IMG/VR virus record: IMGVR_UViG_3300001683_000001
Location: 16,647 to 80,646 of that record
Strand: one strand, 5' to 3'
Source of the DNA: a virus
DNA: 64,000 nucleotides
A model generated the notes under the pieces. It saw only the letters and a program-made list of their open reading frames with translations. It did no database searches and had not been told where the DNA came from. Position 1 is the stretch's first letter; the number at the start of each line of letters is the position of its first letter. The position numbers were made by a program, and so were the translations under genes. Shown piece by piece: positions 39,629 through 57,936 of the stretch.

Positions 39629-41866
39629 GTGATGACGACCACGACGACAGCCCCGAATATGTTTAGCCGCCGACCAGCAACCGCTTTCCTCGACAGAGCG
39701 AAGACTCGCAGATTTTTCCGAGAAGCCCGACTGATGTCCGGCGAACTTCAAGGGAAGGGTTCCGCCGTGAAGCGCATCATCCTGAACGATGAGGACAAGG
39801 CTTGCACAGACGGCAAGAGCATTTGGATTCCGAGGACGATGCACGACGACGAGAGGACGAACGAGATTATGCAAGAAGCCATCTTGGCCCATGAGGTTGC
39901 AGGTCACATGCGATACACCGACTTCGCTGTGTGGGACAACCAAGTCGTCAAGGCCATCAAGGAGGGGAAGGCTGACTCCATGCTACATCAGTTCGTCAAT
40001 CTCTTGGAGGACGCTCGCATCAACCACCTACTCGGTCAGGACTTCAAGGGGTCGGGCAAGAGGCTCGACTTCACTCACGAAGTTTTCATGGAGAAGCACA
40101 AAAAGGAAGTCACCGATAAATCGCCACTCAAGCAACAGGCATTCGTGGCGATGATGACCGAGGCTATCGCTCACAAACCACATTGGTCAGGGCGGTCTGA
40201 GATTATCGAGTTCATGGATGAGAACAGGACCCTCCTGATGAGTGGGGTCAAGCAATCCTCGACAGCCACCATTGTCGTCCAAGCCAAGAAACTTCTCAAG
40301 GCATTCCGAGAGGCGTTCGATGACGACTCTGAGGAAGACCCTGAGATGGGAGATGTCGAGGGCATCGAGGGTGACGAGATGAGCGATGTTCAGGAGTCGG
40401 CTCAGGAGCAGAGGCGTCAGGGTCGCAAGCCCAAGCAAGTCAGCCGAACGAGGTTCAACGACATGAAGGAACCAAAGGAGTCCGACTGTGATGGCGATGG
40501 TCAGGGCGATGGCTCAGGCGATTGCGATGGCTCAGGCGAGGATGGCGAGGATGGTTCAGGCTCAGGCGAAGGCGAGGGCGATGGAGATTCAGACGGCGAT
40601 GGCGATGGCTCAGGAGAGGGCGATGGTCAGGGCGATGGCTCAGGCGATTGCGATGGAGATGGCGATGGCGATGGTCAGGGCGATGGCGATGGCGCAGGTC
40701 AGAAGTCATTTGAGCAAGGCCGCGACAACAGCGGCGACGAGAAGTCCGACTCAGGCTACACCGACGGCACAGGATTGGACGGCGACGAGGACGCTGGTCA
40801 CGGTGGCGGCTACGGCGGCTTCACCTCTGACGACAGCGGCTTCACCGAAACTTGGGCGTCCCTCCTTGATACAGCAGGGGCAGACCTTGAGAACGACATG
40901 GTAGAAGCCTTCGATGACGAGGCTGGCCTTGAGTCAGAGGTATCAGGAATTATCGAGGACGCTAACGAGGGCTGCTTTGAGTCCAACGACGGCTACCACA
41001 CCGTCAGCGTGACGGCCAGCGTCAGAGGTATCACCGACCGCTACCACGACGAGATGGATGCGACCGAACATGCCGAGGAATACGACCGAATAGCAAGGGA
41101 GAACCGAGGCAACATCCGCCGCATCACGAAGGAGATTACCCGCCGCATCAAGGGTAGCGACCCACGAATGCTGACTGAGCAGACGAGTGGGCGCGTCAAT
41201 GCACGACAGGCATTCAAGACCACCTCGGCACTCAAGGGTCAATACGACACCCGCCGCATCTTCGCTCAGAAGATTGACCCGAAGGACCCCACCATGAACG
41301 CCATCATTCTGATTGACTCATCCGGCTCGATGGCGGGAGGCGCAGGTGGTTCCAACAAGACGCTCGCCAAGTGCGCGGCAGAGGCCGCTACTGTGATGTC
41401 CGAGGTCTTCAACGGCCTGAGGTTCAATTACGAGATTTGCGACTTCGCCTCAAGTCACGGAACGACCATGAGAGTCCGCAAGCCAATGACCACCAAACTC
41501 ACCTCTCAGAGCAAGGCTACCATCGCCATGCCGACAGCAGGTGGAAGCAACGCCGACGGCTATGCGGTCGAGTGGTGCTTGGACAGGCTGGCACAGTTCC
41601 CCGGCAATAGGATGCTCGTCGTCATCTCCGACGGTCGCCCTGCGGGAGCCTCGCCACCGGGAATGGACGACGAGGCACACCTCATCTCTGTGGTCAAGAA
41701 CGCTCCGAAGGGAGTGGGCGTCTTCTCCATCGGCATCGGTGGCTACGACACCTCCGAGTTCTACGAGAACAGCGCGAAGGTCACGGACACCAGCAGGTTC
41801 GCTGAACAGGCAATCCCAATCCTCCGCCGCGCACTCAAGAAGGTCATCCCGTCGAGGAATGGTTGA
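39629..41866 (+). CDS. CobT-like vWA protein with N-terminal HExxH-like domain and G/D-rich linker
   Basis: ACTDG, AHEVAGH, NLLEDARI; MIDAS motif IDSSGSM, ISDG. Confidence 0.88.
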   Translation: MMTTTTTAPNMFSRRPATAFLDRAKTRRFFREARLMSGELQGKGSAVKRIILNDEDKACTDGKSIWIPRTMHDDERTNEIMQEAILAHEVAGHMRYTDFAVWDNQVVKAIKEGKADSMLHQFVNLLEDARINHLLGQDFKGSGKRLDFTHEVFMEKHKKEVTDKSPLKQQAFVAMMTEAIAHKPHWSGRSEIIEFMDENRTLLMSGVKQSSTATIVVQAKKLLKAFREAFDDDSEEDPEMGDVEGIEGDEMSDVQESAQEQRRQGRKPKQVSRTRFNDMKEPKESDCDGDGQGDGSGDCDGSGEDGEDGSGSGEGEGDGDSDGDGDGSGEGDGQGDGSGDCDGDGDGDGQGDGDGAGQKSFEQGRDNSGDEKSDSGYTDGTGLDGDEDAGHGGGYGGFTSDDSGFTETWASLLDTAGADLENDMVEAFDDEAGLESEVSGIIEDANEGCFESNDGYHTVSVTASVRGITDRYHDEMDATEHAEEYDRIARENRGNIRRITKEITRRIKGSDPRMLTEQTSGRVNARQAFKTTSALKGQYDTRRIFAQKIDPKDPTMNAIILIDSSGSMAGGAGGSNKTLAKCAAEAATVMSEVFNGLRFNYEICDFASSHGTTMRVRKPMTTKLTSQSKATIAMPTAGGSNADGYAVEWCLDRLAQFPGNRMLVVISDGRPAGASPPGMDDEAHLISVVKNAPKGVGVFSIGIGGYDTSEFYENSAKVTDTSRFAEQAIPILRRALKKVIPSRNG
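40488..40695 (+). repeat. GATGGC-type low-complexity repeat encoding the DG/GS linker
   Basis: Repeated gatggc units and two copies of gatggtcagggcgatggctcaggcgattgcgatgg. Confidence 0.8.
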
Positions 41867-41959
41867 GGATGGAATCCTCCCCTCGCGGGGCGTGCATGAC
41901 CGCGCTCTCGCTCACACACACGGACACACCCGCGAGAGCGAGCGCAGGGAGCGCGCAGG

Positions 41960-42040
41960 GAGCGCGTCAATCTCCCATCGGGGCCTCTAACCCATTCAAC
42001 GGCCTCTATGGCCCCTCTATTGGTTCAGAAACACCAAGAA
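41960..42040 (-). repeat. ~90-bp dispersed repeat copy
   Basis: TTCAACGGCCTCTATGGCCCCTCTATTGGTTCAGAA. Confidence 0.8.
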
Positions 42041-42062
42041 CTTCGTCTGTGAGAGATAGACC

Positions 42063-43814
42063 ATGAGTAGAGCCGACCCGCCTCGGATGGGATGGTGGGT
42101 GAATGACGGGAAGCATCGTAGTCGTCATCAGAATAATACTGAAGATTTTCCACTCAGTCTTGCAGACCTTCACAATGACGGCTGCACCTCCATCATTACT
42201 GACGGGTTAGACAAGTTCAGCAGGTTCGCTGGAACCAATTTCAGTTCCCAATCGCTCGTCACGCTTGAGGACCGTGACTACGAACTCGGACATTCTATAC
42301 CTCACAGAATCGAGCCGGGTGGTGGGTCTGCGTTCGTATGGGGATGGTCGGACCACGACGGGGAAGGGCAGAATAACATGGCTCAGACGGAGCCGCTTTC
42401 GCAGGGGCGCGAAGGTGCGTATGTGAGGCCGGAACTCCGCTACATCTCTTGCTCCGACGCGCTTCACAACGCCGCTGACTTCCGCGCATGGCTCGCGCGA
42501 TTGGGCGATACCCCCTCAGGAATTGGGAACCGACAGGAGATGATTGGACACATCCAACGACACGCCTCCGCGCTTGTTGATAATCTCCCTAAACTCGGTC
42601 CGTCCAGCGGAGGGTCATGGCCGGATAGAATCAAACTCAATGTCGCACATCATCAGGGTGTCCTGTTCAACGACATCTCGATTGAAACGGGTGGTGATAA
42701 AATATGGTCGCCGGAAGGGAATTGGAACTCCGACATCTCGTTCGGTGAGGACGGCAAGGTCGTAGTCCTAACTACGGACCGCAACACCAAAAAAGCGAGG
42801 TTTGGATTCCCTGCTGACTACGAGGCCGAGAGGCAATTGGCGAACTACTGTGCTAAGGAAACTCACAACCTAATGGAACGCTCCCCAATGCACCTATCAA
42901 GGACGGGAACTTGGCGTTGCACTCAGCAAGCATTCAGAGAGGTTGCTATGACGAGTCGAATGATGCAAATCCTCGCCTCTCCCGACCGAGGTGGGAGGGC
43001 GGATATACAGAAGGCCAATGTCCATCCTCGCCCTCACATATCCACGGTTGGCGCACTCATGCACATCTACGAGATGATGAGGATAGTCCATGTCGAGAAG
43101 TCCGCCGACGGAACCGGAGCGACCGCCTACCTCGCGTCTTCGATGGGTGAGTTCATCAGCCCCGCTATGGAGCCGGATGGGTTCGGTGGAGAAGCGTATG
43201 GTCAGAGCCTCCCGCTATTCTGCATCCCGGTGAATATGGTAGGGGGCCGAGATGACTTGACCTTCGGAGATTGGATAGTCGTCGGGACCCATGCTATTCC
43301 ATCAGGCTCACACGCGGTCGAGATTCTGACCGCTGTGCATGGAGAGAACGGAGTCTATGATGTGATGAAGCCCAACGGGACACATAGGACGAACACCGTC
43401 CTCGTCGGTATTCGTGATAGGGTCATCAACCTCCCCGACAGGACCCTCACCAAGCACTACTTCTCACCGCCGGAATTGATGCACATGGCTGTCGCCTCTG
43501 AGCGAGTCGTCACCACTCATACTGTTGATGAAACTCAAGTCAAAATGGATGCGAGGAATATGAGAAAGAAGTGGGTTCCGACATGGAAGGATAACCGAGG
43601 GAGGAAAACCCTCAATCTCGCAGGGAGGAAGAAGGTCAGGCTTCACGATGTCGTGCGTTGCTCGACCTGCAACGGGAAGGTCGAAATCAAGGCCGACATC
43701 GGGAACACCGCCATCGTCGGCAAGTGTCCTCATTGTAGCGAGGACTCCGTTCACTTCCCTCACCTCGTCATGGGTGCAGACATTCCCAAATCGCTACCGG
43801 CCCGTTCTCAATAA
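42063..43814 (+). CDS. Hypothetical protein with C-terminal Zn ribbon
   Basis: 583 aa; CSTC...CPHC. Confidence 0.75.
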   Translation: MSRADPPRMGWWVNDGKHRSRHQNNTEDFPLSLADLHNDGCTSIITDGLDKFSRFAGTNFSSQSLVTLEDRDYELGHSIPHRIEPGGGSAFVWGWSDHDGEGQNNMAQTEPLSQGREGAYVRPELRYISCSDALHNAADFRAWLARLGDTPSGIGNRQEMIGHIQRHASALVDNLPKLGPSSGGSWPDRIKLNVAHHQGVLFNDISIETGGDKIWSPEGNWNSDISFGEDGKVVVLTTDRNTKKARFGFPADYEAERQLANYCAKETHNLMERSPMHLSRTGTWRCTQQAFREVAMTSRMMQILASPDRGGRADIQKANVHPRPHISTVGALMHIYEMMRIVHVEKSADGTGATAYLASSMGEFISPAMEPDGFGGEAYGQSLPLFCIPVNMVGGRDDLTFGDWIVVGTHAIPSGSHAVEILTAVHGENGVYDVMKPNGTHRTNTVLVGIRDRVINLPDRTLTKHYFSPPELMHMAVASERVVTTHTVDETQVKMDARNMRKKWVPTWKDNRGRKTLNLAGRKKVRLHDVVRCSTCNGKVEIKADIGNTAIVGKCPHCSEDSVHFPHLVMGADIPKSLPARSQ

Positions 43815-43855
43815 CCATAATCATCAAGGACTGTGGAACTTCCGATTGGAAGTCC

Positions 43856-44221
43856 ATGCCGCCGAAACGAATCCCGAAGCCACTCAAGAAGGCCATCCTC
43901 GGTTCGCTATTTTCCAGCACTATGAATGACTCCCTTCCCTCTGCTGCCGTAGCCGACCGAGTGAATAACAACCCACAAGTTCCAGCGAGGATGATGAAGA
44001 CCCCGAAGCAAATGGCGTATCTACTCAATCAGATGATACGGGAATATCCCGGCATCATCGAAACTCAGTTCCTCAATCGGAACGGAATGAGCCGACATGG
44101 AGTCAGGAGATTCCGCAAGGGCTACCTCCCAATCAAGGGCGTCACACTTGCCGAAGCCGAGCAAGCCGTAGGGGTCACTCGGAAGAAGCAGAATCAGGCC
44201 AAGAACCCCGATTCAGAATAA
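43856..44221 (+). CDS. Basic winged-helix-like protein
   Basis: AILGSL...SAAVADRV...TPKQMAYLL pattern. Confidence 0.5.
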   Translation: MPPKRIPKPLKKAILGSLFSSTMNDSLPSAAVADRVNNNPQVPARMMKTPKQMAYLLNQMIREYPGIIETQFLNRNGMSRHGVRRFRKGYLPIKGVTLAEAEQAVGVTRKKQNQAKNPDSE

Positions 44222-44228
44222 ACGCCCG

Positions 44229-44288
44229 TAGAGCGCGTCGAGGGTATTTGGGCTGTATGGGGGCCTCGGAGGGCATAGACGCGCTCTA
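44229..44288 (-). repeat. Dispersed repeat copy (stem part)
   Basis: TAGAGCGCGTC...GGGCTGTATGGGGGCC...GACGCGCTCTA. Confidence 0.7.
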
Positions 44289-44387
44289 TCACGCCGTAGG
44301 GAGGGTGTATGGGGCTGTTCAACGCCGCCTCCTACCCATCGAATCTCACAGAATGGTGAATAGCCTCAAGAGTCCCTCAACAATCCA

Positions 44388-44687
44388 ATGGACACCATGA
44401 TGGATTACAGCATCGTTTGGACAACGGCAGGGAAGGAGATGGTCGGCCACGACATTCACGGTGACGAACTCATCAAGGTCACTACGGGTGGAACCCATTG
44501 GGATTTCATCTTCATTCGTCATGGAGGATTTGGGAAGGTCAGAGTAGGAGCAGGTTGTCGCTACAACCCTCTCGCTATGATTGAGCAGATGCACACCCAT
44601 CTATTGAACGAGGACAGCATTGAAAACGACATCGAGATGAGCGACATCATTGACTTCTCAAAATCCCTCAGACGCAGGTGGGGATGA
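44388..44687 (+). CDS. Hypothetical protein
   Basis: 99 aa; TGAATAGCC motif at -31. Confidence 0.6.
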   Translation: MDTMMDYSIVWTTAGKEMVGHDIHGDELIKVTTGGTHWDFIFIRHGGFGKVRVGAGCRYNPLAMIEQMHTHLLNEDSIENDIEMSDIIDFSKSLRRRWG

Positions 44688-44965
44688 TGCTCACTTGGGT
44701 CAGAGCAATTGGAGCCGCGACCCATCTATTCGCATACGGCTTGAATATGGAACTCCTTGCTCATCTCGTTGAGCATGAAGACAGGTGGGTGATGAACGCT
44801 GGCGGGAGGCAATTCACGGTAGCAGGGAATGGCTGTGCCGACCCTGTTGCATTCATCGAGCAGATGGTATCTCCGACTTTGCCGAAGACCATTCACATCG
44901 AGGATTCGTGGATAGTTCAGTTCTACCCTCCCAATGGTGAATCGTGGGAAGTTTGGGGCGAGTGA
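44684..44965 (+). CDS. Hypothetical protein, weak paralog of the upstream gene
   Basis: Shared G.C..P.A.IEQM motif; ATGA overlap. Confidence 0.55.
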   Translation: MMLTWVRAIGAATHLFAYGLNMELLAHLVEHEDRWVMNAGGRQFTVAGNGCADPVAFIEQMVSPTLPKTIHIEDSWIVQFYPPNGESWEVWGE

Positions 44966-45010
44966 TTTCGCTTCCTAACATCGGCCTGATAACGGTGGGA
45001 TTTCAACAAA

Positions 45011-45026
45011 ATGTTCTGTGGAACAT
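45011..45026. promoter_or_regulatory. Palindrome box + CG tract
   Basis: ATGTTCTGTGGAACAT. Confidence 0.85.
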
Positions 45027-45182
45027 GCCCGTCCCTCGCGGGCGCAGGTGCGCCCCCGCGTGCGCGCGCGCGCGTAGGCGCATGTCCGAGCGGATGCCCG
45101 CCCACGCACGCAGGGCGCGAGCGCGAGGTTCCCGACACCGTGAAAACCCGCCAATCGTCAGACTATTGGTTGAGGTCAGGCT

Positions 45183-53693
<8,511 letters not shown>

Positions 53694-53705
53694 GGAGAAT
53701 AGAAG

Positions 53706-53987
53706 ATGGCGATACCAGCGAAACACAGCATAACGATACAGAAGAATGGAGAGCCGAATGAGGTCATCGAGTTCAACATGTCTTGGAACGACATCCGAGG
53801 TCTGCGAGATTCGTGGCTGATGGACTCAGACCTATGGATGCTCGCAGACCGATACGCATCTCTGACGGCGCACCAACAGGAGGAACTCACAACCTACCGT
53901 GAGGCACTTCGGAATCTTCCTGATTCAACAGCAACAGGGCTGGCTTCTGACTGTCTTCTACCCGGCAAACCAGCATGGATGGATTGA
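53706..53987 (+). CDS. Tail fibre assembly chaperone
   Basis: IRGLRDSWLMDSD.W..AD...YREALRNLP...P.KP motif; follows the fibre gene. Confidence 0.8.
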   Translation: MAIPAKHSITIQKNGEPNEVIEFNMSWNDIRGLRDSWLMDSDLWMLADRYASLTAHQQEELTTYREALRNLPDSTATGLASDCLLPGKPAWMD

Positions 53988-54034
53988 CCAATCCCTCGCG
54001 CGCCCTCGCGCGTGCGCCCACGCCCGCGAGGCCA

Positions 54035-54050
54035 ATGTTCCACAGAACAC
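54035..54050. promoter_or_regulatory. Palindrome box + CG tract
   Basis: ATGTTCCACAGAACAC; partial second copy ending CCACAGAACAT at 54090. Confidence 0.85.
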
Positions 54051-54175
54051 CGATTTTAGCCCGGAATCAACGATAATTCCCACAGAACATTCATCGTCGA
54101 GGCTCGACGGCGTGATAAGGCGTTTGAAAATGCGTTCATACGCCGTCTTATCATGCTCCGACATCAGCCCGATTC

Positions 54176-56233
54176 ATGCCTGAGGCGAACGGAGTTTGGA
54201 CATTGGAAGAAGCGCGGTCGAGTCACCTACACAGCCCCGCCCTCGCGGAAGCACTAACTCAACATCTCCCCGTTGCTCAACCTGTCGTGGATTTGGGATG
54301 TGGGATGGGCTACTATGCACTCGCGCTCCAACAGGCGGGGTGGAAGGTCAGAGCCTTCGACGGCACACCCGACCTCGACTCGATAGGAGTCTTCCGAGGC
54401 ATTGAGGAACTCGACCTATCTCAGCCATTCACCACCTCTGCTCAGTCGAGCGTCATCTGTCTTGAGGTGGGTGAGCATATCCCTCTTGAATGCGAGCAGA
54501 CCTTCCTCGACAATCTCGCCGCCAACACCAAGCGTCGGCTCATCCTATCGTGGGCCATTCCGAATCAAGGAGGCAAGGGACATATCAACGAACGACCCAA
54601 TGACTACATCATCAACGAAATGGGGAAGCGTGGGTTCGTCTTCAAGCCCGAACCGACGAACTCGTTGCGGAGCGTCACGGAGGATAATGTGTGGTGGTTC
54701 AAGGACTCGCTCATGGTGTTCGACCGATTGAAGGTCGGCCTCGCCGTGATAGCCAAGAACGAGAGAAAAAATATCGGGCGCGCGATAGACAGCGTGATTG
54801 ACTTCGTGGACGAGTTTTGCTTCGACCTGTCGGGAACCACAGACGACACCGAGGCTGTGGCGACCAAGCACCTCGGACCTCTCGCTGGTTCGTTCTTCCA
54901 TGACGAATGGTTGGGACCCGCAGAGTCGCTCAACAGGTGCATCAGGAATCTCGATGAGAGAGGATGCGATTGGATTATCAGATTGGATGCCGACACGACG
55001 ATGGAAGGTGAACTCCCTGACCTCGCCACTCTGCCCTCGGACATCGAGGGAGTGTCCATCCCAATCACCAACGATGACGGGTGGAGGGTCTGCTATCGTG
55101 CATGGGTGTTCAGACCGACAGCCCACTACAAAGGAGTGAGGCATGAGGGGCTGTGGGTATCGAAGACTATCTCATGGGATGACCTGCGTGTCGTCCATCA
55201 TCGGGACAGCGGCGCGCGTCCACGCGAGGCGGCGACCTACCTCGCAGATGCAGAGGCCATGCTTGAGGCTCTCAAGACCGAGGAAGACGAGGGACTCAGA
55301 ACTCGGTATGTCTTCTACATAGCAAAGGCATACAGGGATGCGGATGAACCACTCCAAGCACTTGCCTACTATCGTCAGCGAGTCACGATGGGAGGCTACT
55401 ATCAGGAGGTCGGATTCGCTCTGCGCGAAATAGCGATTCTAAGCGAGTCGAAGGCCGATTGGGCCAATGCTCTATCCACCACTCCCGAACGCGCAGACAC
55501 AGCCTTCTATGCTCTACAATCAGCACTCTCGCTCGATGACCCTGAGTGGCTTGCAGAAGTGGTCGCCCTGACTGAGCATCAAGAGTGGGATGAGCGTTCC
55601 ATGTTTGCGGACCCATCTTATCACACTCAAGCACGCGCGCTACTTTCAGAGGCGGGGTCGGGGCTGAATCCAAATCCCATGATTCCCTACCCGCTGTGGC
55701 TGATGTGGGAGGAAGCCATTTCACCTGAGGTCTGCGACGAGTGGTTGGAGTCATGCAGACGGCTCCCGACGCAAGATGCTGTGACCTTCGGAGGTCATGG
55801 CGACACCCACCGCAAGACCAACATCAGATGGGTGAATCCCGAAGGCGATAGCGCGCCTATACTCGATGCCCTGTGGGAGTATGTCCAACGAGCCAACGAG
55901 GTGTTCAATCTCGATGTGACTCACCTACCCCCACTCCAATTCACAGAGTATGCCGAGGCGGGTCATCACTACTCCACTCACCACGACATCAATTGGAATC
56001 GAGAGGACGGTCTGCATCGGAAGATTTCAATCACCGTCCAATTGTCCGACTCGGACGATTACACCGGCGGTGAGTTCAGTTTTAACACGACCGAGAATCC
56101 TGACCCGACCGCCGTTAGGAAGAAGGGAACCATCCTATGCTTCCTCTCCTATCTCGACCACATGGTATCGCCCATCGAATCCGGGTCGAGGACATCACTC
56201 GTTGGTTGGGCCGAGGGACCTCGTTGGAGATAG
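54176..56233 (+). CDS. SAM methyltransferase + GT2 glycosyltransferase/TPR + 2OG-Fe(II) oxygenase fusion
   Basis: VDLGCGMG..CLEVGEHI; IAKNE..LDAD..VRHE..RYVFYIA; HYSTHHD..RKISITVQLS..GGEF..H.V.P...G.R.SLVGW. Confidence 0.88.
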   Translation: MPEANGVWTLEEARSSHLHSPALAEALTQHLPVAQPVVDLGCGMGYYALALQQAGWKVRAFDGTPDLDSIGVFRGIEELDLSQPFTTSAQSSVICLEVGEHIPLECEQTFLDNLAANTKRRLILSWAIPNQGGKGHINERPNDYIINEMGKRGFVFKPEPTNSLRSVTEDNVWWFKDSLMVFDRLKVGLAVIAKNERKNIGRAIDSVIDFVDEFCFDLSGTTDDTEAVATKHLGPLAGSFFHDEWLGPAESLNRCIRNLDERGCDWIIRLDADTTMEGELPDLATLPSDIEGVSIPITNDDGWRVCYRAWVFRPTAHYKGVRHEGLWVSKTISWDDLRVVHHRDSGARPREAATYLADAEAMLEALKTEEDEGLRTRYVFYIAKAYRDADEPLQALAYYRQRVTMGGYYQEVGFALREIAILSESKADWANALSTTPERADTAFYALQSALSLDDPEWLAEVVALTEHQEWDERSMFADPSYHTQARALLSEAGSGLNPNPMIPYPLWLMWEEAISPEVCDEWLESCRRLPTQDAVTFGGHGDTHRKTNIRWVNPEGDSAPILDALWEYVQRANEVFNLDVTHLPPLQFTEYAEAGHHYSTHHDINWNREDGLHRKISITVQLSDSDDYTGGEFSFNTTENPDPTAVRKKGTILCFLSYLDHMVSPIESGSRTSLVGWAEGPRWR

Positions 56234-56566
56234 GACCTTCTCAATGTGAGCCTCATGCTTTTGGTTGAGTCCACTCCGCGACATGTAGTCGTAGAATGCG
56301 TCAGGTTTAGCGAGTCGGTATGTGACCGTCTTTGAGTTCCCCATCTTGCGCTGTTCAATACCATCTGTGATTCGGCACAGCGTTGAGATTTGGTTGGCGT
56401 TGATGAACGACCAACCTTCATCAAGGAAGTAGTTCATTATCTCTCTCGCGGACCGCCATTGACCGTCGGACATAACTGTCGCTATCCGCATCCTGATGAG
56501 ATGATTCCTCCGTCCCATGAATCCATCACAGTCATGTCGGGGTTCTTCACTATTCTGATTCGTCAT
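56195..56566 (-). CDS. Winged-helix protein
   Basis: IATVMSDGQWRSAREIMNYF...NANQISTLC; start position uncertain. Confidence 0.55.
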   Translation of the reverse strand: MTNQNSEEPRHDCDGFMGRRNHLIRMRIATVMSDGQWRSAREIMNYFLDEGWSFINANQISTLCRITDGIEQRKMGNSKTVTYRLAKPDAFYDYMSRSGLNQKHEAHIEKVLSPTRSLGPTNE

Positions 56567-56619
56567 AACGGGAATATCTAACCTCCAATTTTTGTTCAAG
56601 GCTCACAGTCTTAGACAGC

Positions 56620-56635
56620 ATGTTCTGTGGAACAC
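56620..56635. promoter_or_regulatory. Palindrome box between divergent genes
   Basis: ATGTTCTGTGGAACAC. Confidence 0.8.
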
Positions 56636-56639
56636 TCGT

Positions 56640-56783
56640 ATGACCGTAGAGGATTCTCTCGACCAACCCAACCCCGACCCTAAACCGAAGCCGACCGTAT
56701 GGACTGACCATGCAAGCGAAGTAGCGCGTATCACCGCTCTGATGAGCCGGTCCATCATGCGCGAGATGGACGAGGAAGAATAG
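56640..56783 (+). CDS. Small hypothetical protein
   Basis: 47-aa ORF starting just after a palindrome box. Confidence 0.35.
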   Translation: MTVEDSLDQPNPDPKPKPTVWTDHASEVARITALMSRSIMREMDEEE

Positions 56784-56785
56784 GT

Positions 56786-56869
56786 GAATCCGAGCCGAGG
56801 AAGGTCGTATAGAGCGCATCGAGTGGATTAGAAGTCCCGATACAGCCCTGACTACCTTGACGCGCTGTA
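56786..56869 (+). repeat. ~90-bp dispersed repeat copy
   Basis: ATAGAGCGCATCGA...TTAGAAGTCCCGATACAGCCC...TTGACGCGCT. Confidence 0.7.
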
Positions 56870-56934
56870 TGCACGCTCCCTCGCCTGAGCGCGCTGGTGC
56901 ATGTGCGAGAGGGTTGCGGAGCGTCACCCTCAGA

Positions 56935-56948
56935 TTCAAGACGGTGGG
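56935..56948 (+). promoter_or_regulatory. Class A promoter motif
   Basis: TTCAAGACGGTGGG, ATG at +30. Confidence 0.75.
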
Positions 56949-56964
56949 AGGACATCATTTGCTC

Positions 56965-57420
56965 ATGGGACTAATCCGAAAGTGGTGGAGCCGATTCCGA
57001 CAGCATCGTTGGGAGAGGCACACCGTCAAGCGACTCACTCGGTTGATGGCGTGTCCCGGCTGTGGCTTCAACACCACCATCATTGGGATGTGGGGTCACA
57101 TCCTCATAGACAAGAAGGAGGACTGTGAGTTCGTTGCGGAGCATGATGACTCCAAGAGGTTTGAGATGCTGGTGATGATGATGGCTCTCAACATTCCAAT
57201 GAGTCCTGATATAATCCTCCAAGTCATGTCTGACCTTGATGGAGAAGCGATGATGGGTGATGACCACATGATGAACTTGGCCGGGGCAATAATATCAGGT
57301 GCAAGTAGCATGGTGGAGAATCGTCAAGAACCCCAAACAAGTCGTGATGGAACCCCGCCTTTAGCAGAGTGGACGGAATGGGACAACGATGACGATTCAA
57401 CCGGCCTACGACGCAATTGA
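56965..57420 (+). CDS. Hypothetical protein with CxxC...H motif
   Basis: Class A promoter motif at -30. Confidence 0.6.
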   Translation: MGLIRKWWSRFRQHRWERHTVKRLTRLMACPGCGFNTTIIGMWGHILIDKKEDCEFVAEHDDSKRFEMLVMMMALNIPMSPDIILQVMSDLDGEAMMGDDHMMNLAGAIISGASSMVENRQEPQTSRDGTPPLAEWTEWDNDDDSTGLRRN

Positions 57421-57571
57421 TAGCATGGAGTGGGAGTGTCCCTACTGCGCCGAGATTCTGATTCGCTACGACCTGCGTCATCATCATTTTATTTGGGAGT
57501 GCCATGCCTACCCCGACAAACTACGCAGACTCCACTTCATTGATAACGGTGGGAGTTCGACCACACAGTAA
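57389..57571 (+). CDS. Small Zn-finger protein
   Basis: CPYC...HH...C. Confidence 0.45.
   Translation: MTIQPAYDAIDSMEWECPYCAEILIRYDLRHHHFIWECHAYPDKLRRLHFIDNGGSSTTQ
57540..57553 (+). promoter_or_regulatory. Class A promoter motif
   Basis: TTGATAACGGTGGG, ATG at +31. Confidence 0.7.
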
Positions 57572-57936
57572 TGGATGAGGACCCGCCTGAACCTGACCCT
57601 GTTGGAGATGCCTCCGACTATCACGATGCAGACATGATGGAAGCCATCGCTGAATCGGAAGCGACGCGCGTTATCATACCTCGATTCGCACGATTCCCTG
57701 AACACCTCTTTTGGGTCCGAGAACATATCGAGAGAGAAGGCGACTCAGAGTATCTGAAAGGCGAGGTCAAACGGATGCAGATATTGGTGGATGAGTTCGG
57801 TCAATTCTACGACTCAGCGGTCAAGCACTTGAAGACTCCAATGGCGGTCGGGGCGATGACTATCGTGTGTCGGAGTTTGGATGATATTCAGCGCATCATA
57901 GACATCGCATTCCAAGAACTGAATATGAGGGATTGA
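57571..57936 (+). CDS. Hypothetical protein
   Basis: 121 aa; class A promoter motif at -31. Confidence 0.65.
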   Translation: MDEDPPEPDPVGDASDYHDADMMEAIAESEATRVIIPRFARFPEHLFWVREHIEREGDSEYLKGEVKRMQILVDEFGQFYDSAVKHLKTPMAVGAMTIVCRSLDDIQRIIDIAFQELNMRD

